IMG/VR virus record: IMGVR_UViG_3300037140_000067
Coordinates: 1 to 52,429 of that record
DNA from: a virus
Lineage: Duplodnaviria; Caudoviricetes
Reading direction: 5' to 3' (one strand)
DNA: 52,429 bases
Of the stretch, positions 7,201 to 16,765 are shown piece after piece. The notes beneath the pieces were generated by a model. That model saw only the letters and a program-made list of their open reading frames with translations. It did no database searches and was not told the origin of the DNA. Positions within the stretch are counted from its first letter, which is position 1; each line of letters starts with the position of its first letter. The translations under genes and the position numbers were made by a program.

Positions 7201-7554
7201 GCATGAAGTTGCCAGCGATTCACATATGCGGACATTCTCCCGACAATTCGGCTTGAACTCCCCAAAGACTACGTGCGTCTTGGCCGCTGCATTGCGCTCA
7301 ATCGGCTTATACCCGAGAGAGTAACCGGCCCCTTGCGCGCGCTACGCGTGCCCCTGGTCGATAGAGGAGCGTCCTTCTTCGGGAGGCGTGCGTAAGCAAA
7401 TGGGGCTTGTAGCCTGTCAGGGGTCCATACGAGCTAACGGCATACCGTTACTTCCCTGCTGAGAGTAAGTACCCTTGCTTTCAGTCTGTCCACCGAACAC
7501 TGGCATTATCAATTGGTTTTAGTCTTAGTTCTTGCTTCTAAAGGGGTTTATAGG

Positions 7555-7884
7555 ATGGATTACAAGGTGTCTTATGAATGGCCTACATCGAGCATAGCCT
7601 ACGGGAAGGAACACTTCCGCGAGAGCCGCTTGAAGACAAAGTATGGAATGACGGGCGAACAATTCGATCTCCTACTCCAAGATCAGGGCGGAGTTTGTAA
7701 AATATGTGGAAAAACTAATGCCCCAACCAGAATGAATTTGCTCGGAGTCGATCACTGCCACGCCACCGGGAAAATTAGGGGGCTGCTTTGCATAAAGTGC
7801 AATTCAGGACTCGGATTTTTTGAGGATGACATAAACCGCATGAAAGCAGCTATTGAATACCTCCTTTGTTCGCGCACACAATAA
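7555..7884 (+). CDS. Endonuclease VII-family (His-Me) nuclease, probably a free-standing homing endonuclease
   Basis: KYGMT...QGGVCKICG...VDHCHATGKIRGLLCIKCNSGLG. Confidence 0.9.
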   Translation: MDYKVSYEWPTSSIAYGKEHFRESRLKTKYGMTGEQFDLLLQDQGGVCKICGKTNAPTRMNLLGVDHCHATGKIRGLLCIKCNSGLGFFEDDINRMKAAIEYLLCSRTQ

Positions 7885-7921
7885 TTATCAATTCTCCTAA
7901 TTTCGTGTTATTGTAAATCTC

Positions 7922-8149
7922 GTGAAGTCAAAGAAGCCCAGACCGAAGACGTGCCCTCTCTGCCGGAATCGGTACTGCTTGGCAATGGCTCAAGTCCACC
8001 CGGAAGTCGAGATAGCCTACGTGCCCCGGAATGAATGGCCTAAGAGTGTGGTAGAGAAGATGGACGCCGCGCTTGGGCGAACACCCCCCGACCGCATCAC
8101 CCAGGCCCGCAAGCAAGCGGAGGAATTACTTCAGAAGGTGACAACGTGA
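7922..8149 (+). CDS. Hypothetical protein (75 aa)
   Basis: CPLC motif; GTGA overlap with the next gene. Confidence 0.65.
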   Translation: MKSKKPRPKTCPLCRNRYCLAMAQVHPEVEIAYVPRNEWPKSVVEKMDAALGRTPPDRITQARKQAEELLQKVTT

Positions 8150-8391
8150 TCGACGAGGCCACCAGGATTCGGGTTATAAGAGCTATCCTCGGTCTGGAGT
8201 CTCAGGCGTTCGCGGCCAAGATTGGCGTCACTCCCTGCACGATGAGCAACTGGGAGAAGGGCCGATCCACCCCGCAGCGGGCTTTCCGAAAAAAACTATC
8301 AGAGCTTTGCGAAGAACATAAAATTTGCTTTCTGCCAAGCGGATGTCCCGTGCTGCAGGAAGACCTCATGCCCGTTCAGGAGACGACGTAA
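8146..8391 (+). CDS. XRE/Cro-like HTH regulator
   Basis: IRVIRAILGLESQAFAAKIGVTPCTMSNWEKGRSTP. Confidence 0.9.
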   Translation: MIDEATRIRVIRAILGLESQAFAAKIGVTPCTMSNWEKGRSTPQRAFRKKLSELCEEHKICFLPSGCPVLQEDLMPVQETT

Positions 8392-8795
8392 TGGCTGAAA
8401 CTGCAATCAGTGTGCCGTTCGACAGTGGCGAAATCAAGGAAATCGCCGTAGCCGAGTTCAAGAAGAGACTCGACCAGCTTTCACCCCTGAGTGGGGCTAA
8501 GGAGTATGGAGCCTTCGAGATCGACTTCGCTCACACCATCCGGCTGCATCGCACGTCGGGCATTGACACGGTGGACAAGCAGACTCTCGCGTGGGGCCAT
8601 GTCGAGGGCGGAAAGATCGACGACGCTCCGGCTGACGAAGTGGAGAAGATCGTTGCCCTTCACGAGACGTACAAGAGCGACCCGGACGTGAACGGGGAAC
8701 GGCTCAAGCACCAAATGCCGCTCACTGTGGAGTCCCGCGACGGGAAAGGGAACATGGTTCGCAAGCGGGTAAAAGTGGCGGATGATGGGAAGTGA
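8391..8795 (+). CDS. Hypothetical protein (134 aa)
   Basis: AGGAG RBS; TAATG coupling. Confidence 0.8.
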   Translation: MAETAISVPFDSGEIKEIAVAEFKKRLDQLSPLSGAKEYGAFEIDFAHTIRLHRTSGIDTVDKQTLAWGHVEGGKIDDAPADEVEKIVALHETYKSDPDVNGERLKHQMPLTVESRDGKGNMVRKRVKVADDGK

Positions 8796-9000
8796 CAATG
8801 AACTCCTCATCCGCATCGCGGAAGCCGTCGAGCGACTGGCCGGAGAACTCTGCAAGCCCATCCCCAGGCCGAAGCGGAAGGCGCGGATCGGCGTCGCGCT
8901 CTACACGGAAGAAGAGCGCAACCGCGAAGCCCTCCGGAAAGCGGCGAAGTCGAAACAGGAGAGACGAAGTGCTGCGAAGGCTGGACGTATCGACGGATGA
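8785..9000 (+). CDS. Small helical protein overlapping the 5' end of the next gene
   Basis: Amphipathic helix MGSDNELLIRIAEAVERLA. Confidence 0.5.
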   Translation: MGSDNELLIRIAEAVERLAGELCKPIPRPKRKARIGVALYTEEERNREALRKAAKSKQERRSAAKAGRIDG

Positions 9001-9589
9001 GCTTGCCGACCAGCCGCAAATCATGCCTATCTTGCGGCAGAACGGCATCCACCCCGACCGACTGGTAGAAGTCCTCCGCTGTGACGACGAACCGGACTCT
9101 CTGACGTTCATCAAACTGTGGGACACGCTTACCCCGGCCTCGCGCTCGCTGGCGGGCCTTGAGGCGATTGCGCTTTCCGCCGACCTCACCCCTCGGCGGC
9201 TGTGGGAACTCTTTCAGGGGGCTGCGCTGATGCAGTCACGGGCGTCCATCTCGGCCATGATCGCGCTGGAGCTTCCCGGCATCATCCGCGAGACAATCAA
9301 GCAGGCGAAGAAGCCGAAGGGCCAGTACGATCGCGAGCATGTGTTCAAGTTCTCGCGGATGTTCCCCACTCCGAAGGGCTCCGTGAACAACTTCAATTTC
9401 GGCGATAAGGAGAAGGCGCTGGAAGAGGGCGACGATGACGACAGTGGCGACCTGATGCCTGCGGACGATGTGCTTATGCGGGCGTCGAAGGCGATGAACC
9501 CGACGAAGGCTCTGCCGAAGCCGAAGGCGGTTGAGATTCTTGAGGGCGACGTGGAAGAGGAGGAAGACGACGATGGAGCTGAACCCTAA
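8798..9589 (+). CDS. Putative terminase small subunit
   Basis: Lies upstream of TerL. Basic N-terminus, helical core, VNNFNF strand and acidic tail. Positional inference only. Confidence 0.45.
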   Translation: MNSSSASRKPSSDWPENSASPSPGRSGRRGSASRSTRKKSATAKPSGKRRSRNRRDEVLRRLDVSTDELADQPQIMPILRQNGIHPDRLVEVLRCDDEPDSLTFIKLWDTLTPASRSLAGLEAIALSADLTPRRLWELFQGAALMQSRASISAMIALELPGIIRETIKQAKKPKGQYDREHVFKFSRMFPTPKGSVNNFNFGDKEKALEEGDDDDSGDLMPADDVLMRASKAMNPTKALPKPKAVEILEGDVEEEEDDDGAEP

Positions 9590-9824
9590 CCACCCAGCAA
9601 CGCAAGGGGTGCATGACCACTGGCATAAAATCTGTGCTCTCATTATGCTCAAGATGGGTCTTACCACGCTAACCATATCGCCAAACGAGATAGAGAAGTT
9701 GGGCGATTGCGTCGTCAATATCGCCATCCGTTTCGACGACACAAAAGGGATCGAATTGTTCATCATTGACGACTTGGAAACGGCGAAGATTATGGCGCGA
9801 CGCGAGGGAGGACTACCAGTATGA
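9573..9824 (+). CDS. Hypothetical protein (83 aa)
   Basis: GGAGG RBS; ATGA overlap downstream. Confidence 0.75.
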   Translation: MELNPNHPATQGVHDHWHKICALIMLKMGLTTLTISPNEIEKLGDCVVNIAIRFDDTKGIELFIIDDLETAKIMARREGGLPV

Positions 9825-10384
9825 GCACAGTGGAGGAAAACACTCTTGAAATTGGCGTAGTGAATGGTGAAGTAGTCATCAACCATCCTCATCTGAAACC
9901 CGATGCGGATGGCGTGGGTCACATCGTATTCTCGCCAGAACAGGCACGCAACCTAGCGCAGATACTCGTCAAGAACGCTATTCAGGCAGAGCATGAGGAG
10001 CGGCACGCAAAAGAAGTGGAACGCTTGAAGAATGTTCCTCCCGTTGATCGGAGTGCTCGCATACTAGCCAGTGGAGAGTCTGTTCCCGAAGATCAGAGTC
10101 ACACTGCGTTGAAGTCCAACGGCCAGCAGCAGGACTATGTTGTGCTCGCGCCGGGAGAACGCTCTAAGGGATTCGTACGTCCTTACCGCGACTCCTACAA
10201 ACATCTGAAGTGCGGAAAAATCACAACCATGAGTCGCGCCATTTCCGAGACATATGCGCGTGATCCGCATTTTTATTCAGGGACTTTCTGCACGACATGC
10301 TGCGGACACTTCCCAATTGGCGAGGATGGCGATTTCGTCTGGTACGAGATGGACGGCACGACTGGCCCCAAGGTCGGGACATAG
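9821..10384 (+). CDS. Hypothetical protein with C-terminal Zn-binding motif
   Basis: HLKCG...TFCTTCCGHFP; GGAGG RBS. Confidence 0.8.
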   Translation: MSTVEENTLEIGVVNGEVVINHPHLKPDADGVGHIVFSPEQARNLAQILVKNAIQAEHEERHAKEVERLKNVPPVDRSARILASGESVPEDQSHTALKSNGQQQDYVVLAPGERSKGFVRPYRDSYKHLKCGKITTMSRAISETYARDPHFYSGTFCTTCCGHFPIGEDGDFVWYEMDGTTGPKVGT

Positions 10385-10387
10385 CAC

Positions 10388-12523
10388 ATGTTCGCTGATT
10401 CGGTGATCGAATCCAAACTCGACCTACTCGAAGCCGAGTTTGGGTGGCGTCCAAAGCCCCATTCCATCGAAGAAGTAGACGCTTGGAAAAAGCAGCTTGC
10501 CACGGCCTTTGAGGAAGACTCCAAAGGCAACATCTACATGAAGCGCAAGCTCACCAAGTCAGAGCAGCGATTCATCGAGAATGAGCGCCTGATGGTCAGT
10601 GCGTCGTGCGGCTATTTCCTCACCCGCTACTACTACATCAAAGCCAAGAACCGCATCCTCCGCTTCGTGTTTCGCAGTGGGCAGTGGATTGTGTGGCGCA
10701 TCCTGCAAGAGTTGGACGCGATGGGTGTGTCGAAAGAGCTTCAGGTGCTGAAGGCCCGCAAGCTCGGCATCTCGACCCTCGCGGAAGGCATTATGACGTG
10801 GGGCGCACTCTTCATCCCCGGAGCGGCCTCGCAGATTGGATCTGCCGACGCGCAGAAAACTCAAGTCATGCTCGGTATGATGACGCTGGCCATCGACCAG
10901 CTACCATCATGGCTTCCTCCAACGCAGACGCGCTCGAAAACGAAGTCCGACCGAGCCATGCTGGAGTTCGAGCACATCGGCTCGCTCATCATCGTGCAGC
11001 CGGGTTCGATGATGGGCGGCATGGGACAGGGCACGACGCCGACCATGATCCATTTATCTGAGGTCAGTCAATTTACCAACCCGGTCCAGCAGCTTGACGA
11101 AGGACTGCTCAAGGCGGTCGAGTCCAGCCCCGAGGTTGTCTTCATTCTGGAGTCGACCGGAGACGCCGGCCATCGTTCCGCATGGTGGTGGACGGAGCAG
11201 TGGATTGCAAATCGAGACAATTACTGGCAGGGCGGATCGCGGTTCCTGCCAGTGTTCCTGCCGTGGCACACGACGCCCGAACTTTACCCCGGCGAGCATT
11301 GGCTCAAGAAGTTCCCCATGCCGGAGGGCTTCACTCCGAATCAAGACACCATCGACCACGTAACCCGCGCCGAAGCCTACGTGCGCAACACGGAGATGCT
11401 GAGTCGTGTGATCGGCAAGGATTGGACAATGCCGCTCACCCAGCAGTGGTATTGGCAGTACAACTACCTCGATCACAAGCGGCGGAGGGTCGAAAAGTCA
11501 TGGTTCCGCCAGATGCCGTGCGACGACTACGAGGCTCTTTTGGGCGAGCGTGACAAGGTGTACTCGCAGGATGCGATTGACGCCGTTGCGGACACCGTAG
11601 GCAAGGCCAGCGTCTACATGCTGGCTGGCGACGGCATGGAAGAGAAGCGCGAGCCCGAGGAGGCGCAAATCTGGTATGGCGCTGAGGCTCCCGCGCGCCA
11701 GCGGTTCCACTGGACCACGCCGAAGAAAGACAAAATGGAGTGGATGCTGGTGCCGCTCGCGCCTGTACCTGAGTTGACGTTCGACCCGCTCGAAAAGTTG
11801 CTGATCTGGAAGGAGCCGGAAGAGGGATACGACTACTCGGTTGGCGACGATACCGGGACGGGCGTTGGCGGCGACCGCTTCATCCTGAACGTCACCCGCC
11901 ACGGAACGAACGAGTTCCCCGACGAGCAGGTTGCGGAGTTCGCATCGGACTCGATCCCTACGGCGGAGCAGTACGCATGGATCGCGGCGGTGACGGCCTA
12001 CTATGCGAAGTACATGAATCCGGGGCCGAAGGGACATCCCAAGATTTGCCCTGAGATGCGGCGGAAGTTTGGCGACCTCCCCTACCACCAGACGCAATTG
12101 CTGGGCTTCCGGCGGTGGCATGAGTGGGGGCAGGGGTTCGACCGCAAGACGTTCGAGGATAAGGTTGGCAAGCACGGGCGCATCGGCTGGTTCACGAACG
12201 AGTGGAGCCGTCCGATGCTGCTTTCAGCCTTCCAGTATGCGGTCGAAAACGGCTGGTATGTGGTGCGGTCGAAGTGGCTTCAGGACGAGATGAAAGAGTT
12301 GGAGCAGAAGTTCATGGCGTCGGGCAAGACCCGCGTAGATCACGCATCGGGAAAGCATGACGACCGGGTATTCGCGGCGGCGATGGCGTATTGGACACTG
12401 CATCAGCGCAGTGAAATGATGCAAAGGATGAAATTACGCTATGAGCAGCCCCAAAAGAGTGGGATTATTATTGAGCGAGGGCCAGCGGTGATGACGGTGG
12501 AAATTACGGGGAAAACGCGATGA
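10388..12523 (+). CDS. terL: Terminase large subunit
   Basis: Walker A LKARKLGIST, Walker B MIHLSE, coupling motif EST, nuclease DTGTG and HDDRVFA. Confidence 0.93.
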   Translation: MFADSVIESKLDLLEAEFGWRPKPHSIEEVDAWKKQLATAFEEDSKGNIYMKRKLTKSEQRFIENERLMVSASCGYFLTRYYYIKAKNRILRFVFRSGQWIVWRILQELDAMGVSKELQVLKARKLGISTLAEGIMTWGALFIPGAASQIGSADAQKTQVMLGMMTLAIDQLPSWLPPTQTRSKTKSDRAMLEFEHIGSLIIVQPGSMMGGMGQGTTPTMIHLSEVSQFTNPVQQLDEGLLKAVESSPEVVFILESTGDAGHRSAWWWTEQWIANRDNYWQGGSRFLPVFLPWHTTPELYPGEHWLKKFPMPEGFTPNQDTIDHVTRAEAYVRNTEMLSRVIGKDWTMPLTQQWYWQYNYLDHKRRRVEKSWFRQMPCDDYEALLGERDKVYSQDAIDAVADTVGKASVYMLAGDGMEEKREPEEAQIWYGAEAPARQRFHWTTPKKDKMEWMLVPLAPVPELTFDPLEKLLIWKEPEEGYDYSVGDDTGTGVGGDRFILNVTRHGTNEFPDEQVAEFASDSIPTAEQYAWIAAVTAYYAKYMNPGPKGHPKICPEMRRKFGDLPYHQTQLLGFRRWHEWGQGFDRKTFEDKVGKHGRIGWFTNEWSRPMLLSAFQYAVENGWYVVRSKWLQDEMKELEQKFMASGKTRVDHASGKHDDRVFAAAMAYWTLHQRSEMMQRMKLRYEQPQKSGIIIERGPAVMTVEITGKTR

Positions 12524-13014
12524 TAATCGAGAGCAACGCGAAGCCCACCCAATCCGACCGCGTAGTAGCCTATTTCGTCTCGATCAAGGGCGAGAAGATG
12601 CTGGCCCCGGACACCCGCGTATCGGTGATTGACTGCGGCTTGCACCCTCTCCAGTGGCGCCGGGAAGAGGCCGTAGGGGCGAAGGAGATTGAACGACTCT
12701 CGGTTGACCTCAGCCGCCAGTTGTGGGACAAGAAGCGGGGCATGACCGCCGCGCAGCACCTTCGGGAGAAGAAGTTCATCGACGAAGTAAAGATTCGCTG
12801 TCGGCTTCGCATCGCGCAGGCGTACTCTGAGAACGATGCCGCGATGAACCGCCGCATACTGGCGAGTGTCGAGAAGCGCGAGGAAGACTTGGTAAGCATG
12901 ATCGTATCGACGTTTGACGTATCGAAGCGCACCTCGGCGCTGGCGATTGAGATTTCTCCAGAGTCGGTGAACCCGCACTCGATGGGGAAGAAGAAGGCGG
13001 GCATCTGTGGCTAG
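12520..13014 (+). CDS. Hypothetical protein (164 aa)
   Basis: Overlaps the ends of both TerL and portal. Confidence 0.8.
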   Translation: MIIESNAKPTQSDRVVAYFVSIKGEKMLAPDTRVSVIDCGLHPLQWRREEAVGAKEIERLSVDLSRQLWDKKRGMTAAQHLREKKFIDEVKIRCRLRIAQAYSENDAAMNRRILASVEKREEDLVSMIVSTFDVSKRTSALAIEISPESVNPHSMGKKKAGICG

Positions 13015-15025
13015 GACGGACGATCAACGCTGGCAACCGCCTGACCGCTTGCAGCCGGGGATGAAGCGTGCTGGATGGGTCAGTGACATCATCTCAGATG
13101 GTGAGCGTTGGCTCCAGTCGCAGCCGTTCTGGAGTGACCTTGCCAAAGCGGAGAACCTGATAAACGGCAAAGAAGCCCTCAAAAGCGATGAAAATAGAAG
13201 CTCGCTGACCAGCAACAGGCTCAAGCGCATCTTCCGCGAGATGGTGGCGGGTCTGTCGGACGTGCGCTACCCGGATGCGTGGTCGAGCGATAACAAGTCC
13301 TACGCCGCCACCACGGCGATGTTTACCAAAGTGGCGAAGGGCGTCTGGTACGAGTCTAAGGCGCCGCTCAGTTTCCGCCGGATGTGTCAGTGGATGGTGT
13401 TGGGCGGCATGGGATCGCTGTGGCCGGTGTACCGCCGCCGCAAGCTGGTAGATCCGCAATCGGCTGCGCTGTGCTTTGACGACTATGGCCCCCGCGACCT
13501 CGTTCCGTTCATGGTGGACGACCGCAACTGGCAGGAAACCTACTCCGTGACGGTCGTCAAGATGATGTCGCTCTACAAGGCGCACGCGCTGTTCCCAACG
13601 TTCGCAGACAAACTCCGCCCCGTCTCGCGCCGCCGCATGGAATCGAACGCCGTGACCTCGCGGATGCAACTCATCGACTCACTGCGGGGGAACGATAAGG
13701 CGCGGCCCTGGTCGGAGCAGATGTGCGAGATCCGCTACACGCTCATCCGCGACCTATCAATCAATGAAACGGGGATGCCGATACCGATGGGTGATCCCGG
13801 AGCGTCGTGGAGTTCTGTAGTGCAATCGCTCGGTGCCGACATGCCGACCGATGACGTGCTCAATGGTGAGCGCAAGATGCGGACAGTAGGGATTGACGAC
13901 TGCCGACTGTACCCAAACATGCGACTGATGACTACGGGCTCTGGAGTGATGGTTCCACTCTATGACGGCCCCGCGTGGGACTGGCATGGCATGTTCCCGC
14001 CGCGGTTCTTTGCCGACGATTGGGTGACGGAGCAGTGCGGCCTGCCGTTGATCCGCGATGTTCTCGACACCGAGCGCACGCGCCAGTTCACCGAACGTGC
14101 GATCGACATGAAGATCAAGGCGCAGATGGACCCTGGCATGAAGTACGACATGAACCAGATCAATCCGGGGGACGCCGAAGAACTCGACCCGTGGGAAATG
14201 CGCAAGCGGCTCGGCTGCGATGGCGACACCGATAAAGCCATCAGCACGATCCTGCCGGCGGAGTGGTACAAGGTCGGAGACGACCCGTTCAAGTGGCTGG
14301 AGTATCTGGGAACGAGCGAAGATGAGCAGCTTGGCACGAACCAGATGGCGCAGCTGGCGAAGATGAAGGCCAACACGGGCGACCCGGCAGACGACCTCCT
14401 GAAACTCGAAGGGCCAATCGTGCGCGACATCTCCGCTTCGATGGAATCGCCGATGGCTGACGTAATGGAGATGGTGAAGTACGACATCCTGCAATACATG
14501 GACACGGCGCGGGTGATGACCTACGTTGGCCCTGACGGGGTGACGCCTGAGACGTTCGACTTCGATCCAAAGTCCATCATCCCTTCGCATCTCCCCGGCG
14601 AGGATACCGGAAGCACATCGAAGTTCAGCCGCATGGAACGGTTGAAGAACTTCGCTCGCAGCATCAAGACGCAGATCGTTCCGGGCGGAATTCACGGAAT
14701 AGCACAATCCCAGGCCAAACTACTTCTGCTCCAGGCGTCTCGCGGCGGCTTGCCCATCTCGCCCATTTACGTGATGAAGAACGCGCTGGGAATTCAGGAC
14801 GCCGAAGCGGTGGCCGATGAGTTCTTCGAGTACAAGGAAAAGGAACTGGAGATGGCGGCTCGACTGAAGAACGAGGGCGCATCGTTGACTCCACAGCAGG
14901 GCGGGGCCACTCCTGCGGGTTCGCAGAAGAACACCGGAGGGCGTCCAAGTTCCGGGCGCAAGCCGCCTACCGCAAAGACCAAGGGCAGCGCAGAAGGACC
15001 GAGAGCGACCATCACCACAAGTTAG
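13007..15025 (+). CDS. Portal protein (P22-like size)
   Basis: 672 aa after TerL; helical, with a low-complexity C-tail containing GGRPS. Confidence 0.8.
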   Translation: MARTDDQRWQPPDRLQPGMKRAGWVSDIISDGERWLQSQPFWSDLAKAENLINGKEALKSDENRSSLTSNRLKRIFREMVAGLSDVRYPDAWSSDNKSYAATTAMFTKVAKGVWYESKAPLSFRRMCQWMVLGGMGSLWPVYRRRKLVDPQSAALCFDDYGPRDLVPFMVDDRNWQETYSVTVVKMMSLYKAHALFPTFADKLRPVSRRRMESNAVTSRMQLIDSLRGNDKARPWSEQMCEIRYTLIRDLSINETGMPIPMGDPGASWSSVVQSLGADMPTDDVLNGERKMRTVGIDDCRLYPNMRLMTTGSGVMVPLYDGPAWDWHGMFPPRFFADDWVTEQCGLPLIRDVLDTERTRQFTERAIDMKIKAQMDPGMKYDMNQINPGDAEELDPWEMRKRLGCDGDTDKAISTILPAEWYKVGDDPFKWLEYLGTSEDEQLGTNQMAQLAKMKANTGDPADDLLKLEGPIVRDISASMESPMADVMEMVKYDILQYMDTARVMTYVGPDGVTPETFDFDPKSIIPSHLPGEDTGSTSKFSRMERLKNFARSIKTQIVPGGIHGIAQSQAKLLLLQASRGGLPISPIYVMKNALGIQDAEAVADEFFEYKEKELEMAARLKNEGASLTPQQGGATPAGSQKNTGGRPSSGRKPPTAKTKGSAEGPRATITTS

Positions 15026-15033
15026 GAGTACCC

Positions 15034-15249
15034 ATGCACCCATCATTCGATAAGAAAGTAACTTTGCAGGTACACAACCGATTCAATCCGAAGGCTGACA
15101 TCGCGGAAGTCGTCACCTTTGTCCGTGAGCAAAAGGTTCCCGGCAAGGTGGAGATTGTGCTCCCCGGCAACGGCGGAATCACGTCGGTTGAGTTCATCGA
15201 AAGCCCGAAGATTCACAAGGCGGATGTGCCGATAATCGAAGTGCCCTGA
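15034..15249 (+). CDS. Hypothetical protein (71 aa)
   Basis: AGGAG RBS. Confidence 0.75.
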   Translation: MHPSFDKKVTLQVHNRFNPKADIAEVVTFVREQKVPGKVEIVLPGNGGITSVEFIESPKIHKADVPIIEVP

Positions 15250-15366
15250 TTTTTCCGTTTGACATTCGACGGGTTCGGTGTTTTTATTCAACACAGCGAA
15301 GATTCTGTAGGGTTGGCATAGCCAAACACCACATGGCTTCTACTTCAGCACCAAGGAGAAGAAGTT

Positions 15367-15495
15367 ATGGCCGGAAAAAAGAAGGTTGGCAAGCGTCACC
15401 GCAGCAAGAAGCACAGCACGAAGGTTGTGCCCGAACACCTGATGGGCAAGAGCCTCCACAAGAAAGTCAGTCGCAAGCGGTCTCGCCGCAAGTAA
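15367..15495 (+). CDS. Highly basic 42-aa peptide (not in the ORF track)
   Basis: AAGGAG RBS. MAGKKKVGKRHRSKKHSTKVVPEHLMGKSLHKKVSRKRSRRK. TAATG coupling. Confidence 0.75.
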   Translation: MAGKKKVGKRHRSKKHSTKVVPEHLMGKSLHKKVSRKRSRRK

Positions 15496-15758
15496 TGGGA
15501 ACCCCCGCAATCACGCCTCAGCCCCCGCAAGGTTCGCCCAATGGTGCGCCTTCGGGGGCTGCACCCTCTCCGGGGGGTGGTGGCGGGACGGCGGGGATGG
15601 CCTCATTCGCTCGTCTGTCGCAGATGGCGCAGCAGGCGGCGAGTGAGTTTCCCGAAGCGGCGCCCATGATGCGGGAGATTCAGAATCAGGTGCGGATGGC
15701 GACCATGAAGGTGATTCAGTCGAAACAAGCCCCCCCACAGCAGACTCCTTCCATCTGA
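15495..15758 (+). CDS. Pro/Gln-rich head-module protein (87 aa)
   Basis: ATG overlaps the TAA of the basic peptide. Confidence 0.75.
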   Translation: MGTPAITPQPPQGSPNGAPSGAAPSPGGGGGTAGMASFARLSQMAQQAASEFPEAAPMMREIQNQVRMATMKVIQSKQAPPQQTPSI

Positions 15759-15774
15759 CAACTGAGGTAACAAC

Positions 15775-16584
15775 GTGACTATTCAAGAATTTCTCGCGCA
15801 AGACGGTCTCACGGAAGAGCAGATCGCGGCCATTGTTGGCGATCCCATCCAGTCGAAGCTGATGACGCGGGCGCTGGCTAAGTTTGAAGAGGGCAATACC
15901 TCCCTGACCGCCGCGAATGCCGCCAATGCTGCCGCACAGCGCGAGAAGCAGGATGCAACCGACTTCTGGGAGAAGAAAGTCAATCCTGCGCTGGCCGAAG
16001 TGGACGGCAAGGTGGCGCTGGCCAACTCCGAAGCAGCCCGCTACCGCGAATACCTCAAGAGCCTGAAGACGCAGGGATACGACGTGCCCGATTCGCTGCT
16101 CAACAGTTCGACCCCTGAGCCCGCCAAGCCCGAGTACATGACCAAGGCCGACTTGGACGCGATGGGCAAGAACACAGCCCCGACTCTCATCCAACTCACG
16201 CAGCTGTCAAACGAGTACACCGACCTCTACGGCCAGCCGTACCTCGCAATGGAGACGGACTTCGCCGCCGCGCAGCAGGCCCGCAAGCCGTTCCGCGAGT
16301 TTGTCCGTGAGAAGTACGCCTTCTCGACCAAGCGCGAGGAGCGCAGCGCAGCCAAGGCCAAGGCAGACGAAGAGGCAATCCGCAAGGATGAGCGCACCAA
16401 GGCGCAGGCGGAGTTTGCCAAGACCAACGGCTCGAACGATGGCCTCCGTGCCCCTGTCCCATCGAAGTTCGACAAGCTCACGAAGCAGGAAGGTTTCAAG
16501 TCCGATTCGTGGAAGAGCCGCGAAGGGCGTCAGGCAAACCGCACTGAACGCCTCAAGCGTTTTGAAAACGTAACACTCCAATGA
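15775..16584 (+). CDS. Capsid scaffolding protein (putative)
   Basis: Charged coiled-coil protein just upstream of the MCP; GAGG RBS. Confidence 0.7.
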   Translation: MTIQEFLAQDGLTEEQIAAIVGDPIQSKLMTRALAKFEEGNTSLTAANAANAAAQREKQDATDFWEKKVNPALAEVDGKVALANSEAARYREYLKSLKTQGYDVPDSLLNSSTPEPAKPEYMTKADLDAMGKNTAPTLIQLTQLSNEYTDLYGQPYLAMETDFAAAQQARKPFREFVREKYAFSTKREERSAAKAKADEEAIRKDERTKAQAEFAKTNGSNDGLRAPVPSKFDKLTKQEGFKSDSWKSREGRQANRTERLKRFENVTLQ

Positions 16585-16741
16585 GAAAAGGGAAAACTCC
16601 ACGACCCGAATTCGACGCAAAAATCTCCGTAGTCAGTGAGATTGACTGGGCACGACTAAGGCGAGAGAAGAGCATTTTTTCAATCTTCGAGAATTGAACC
16701 GGCGCGGCACTGACGCCGCTACGGAAAGATTTATTCAGTAA
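16581..16741 (+). pseudogene. Internally deleted LAGLIDADG-type homing endonuclease remnant
   Basis: N-terminal ...VSEIDWARL joined out of frame to ...REEHFFNLRELNRRG...FIQ*. Confidence 0.5.
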
Positions 16742-16765
16742 CTTTGCAGTAAGGAGTAAGCGCAA

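Noticed and set aside
15333-15494. 141-aa ORF start at 15333
   Set aside because: No SD. The region is better explained by the basic peptide (15367) plus the ATG at 15495.
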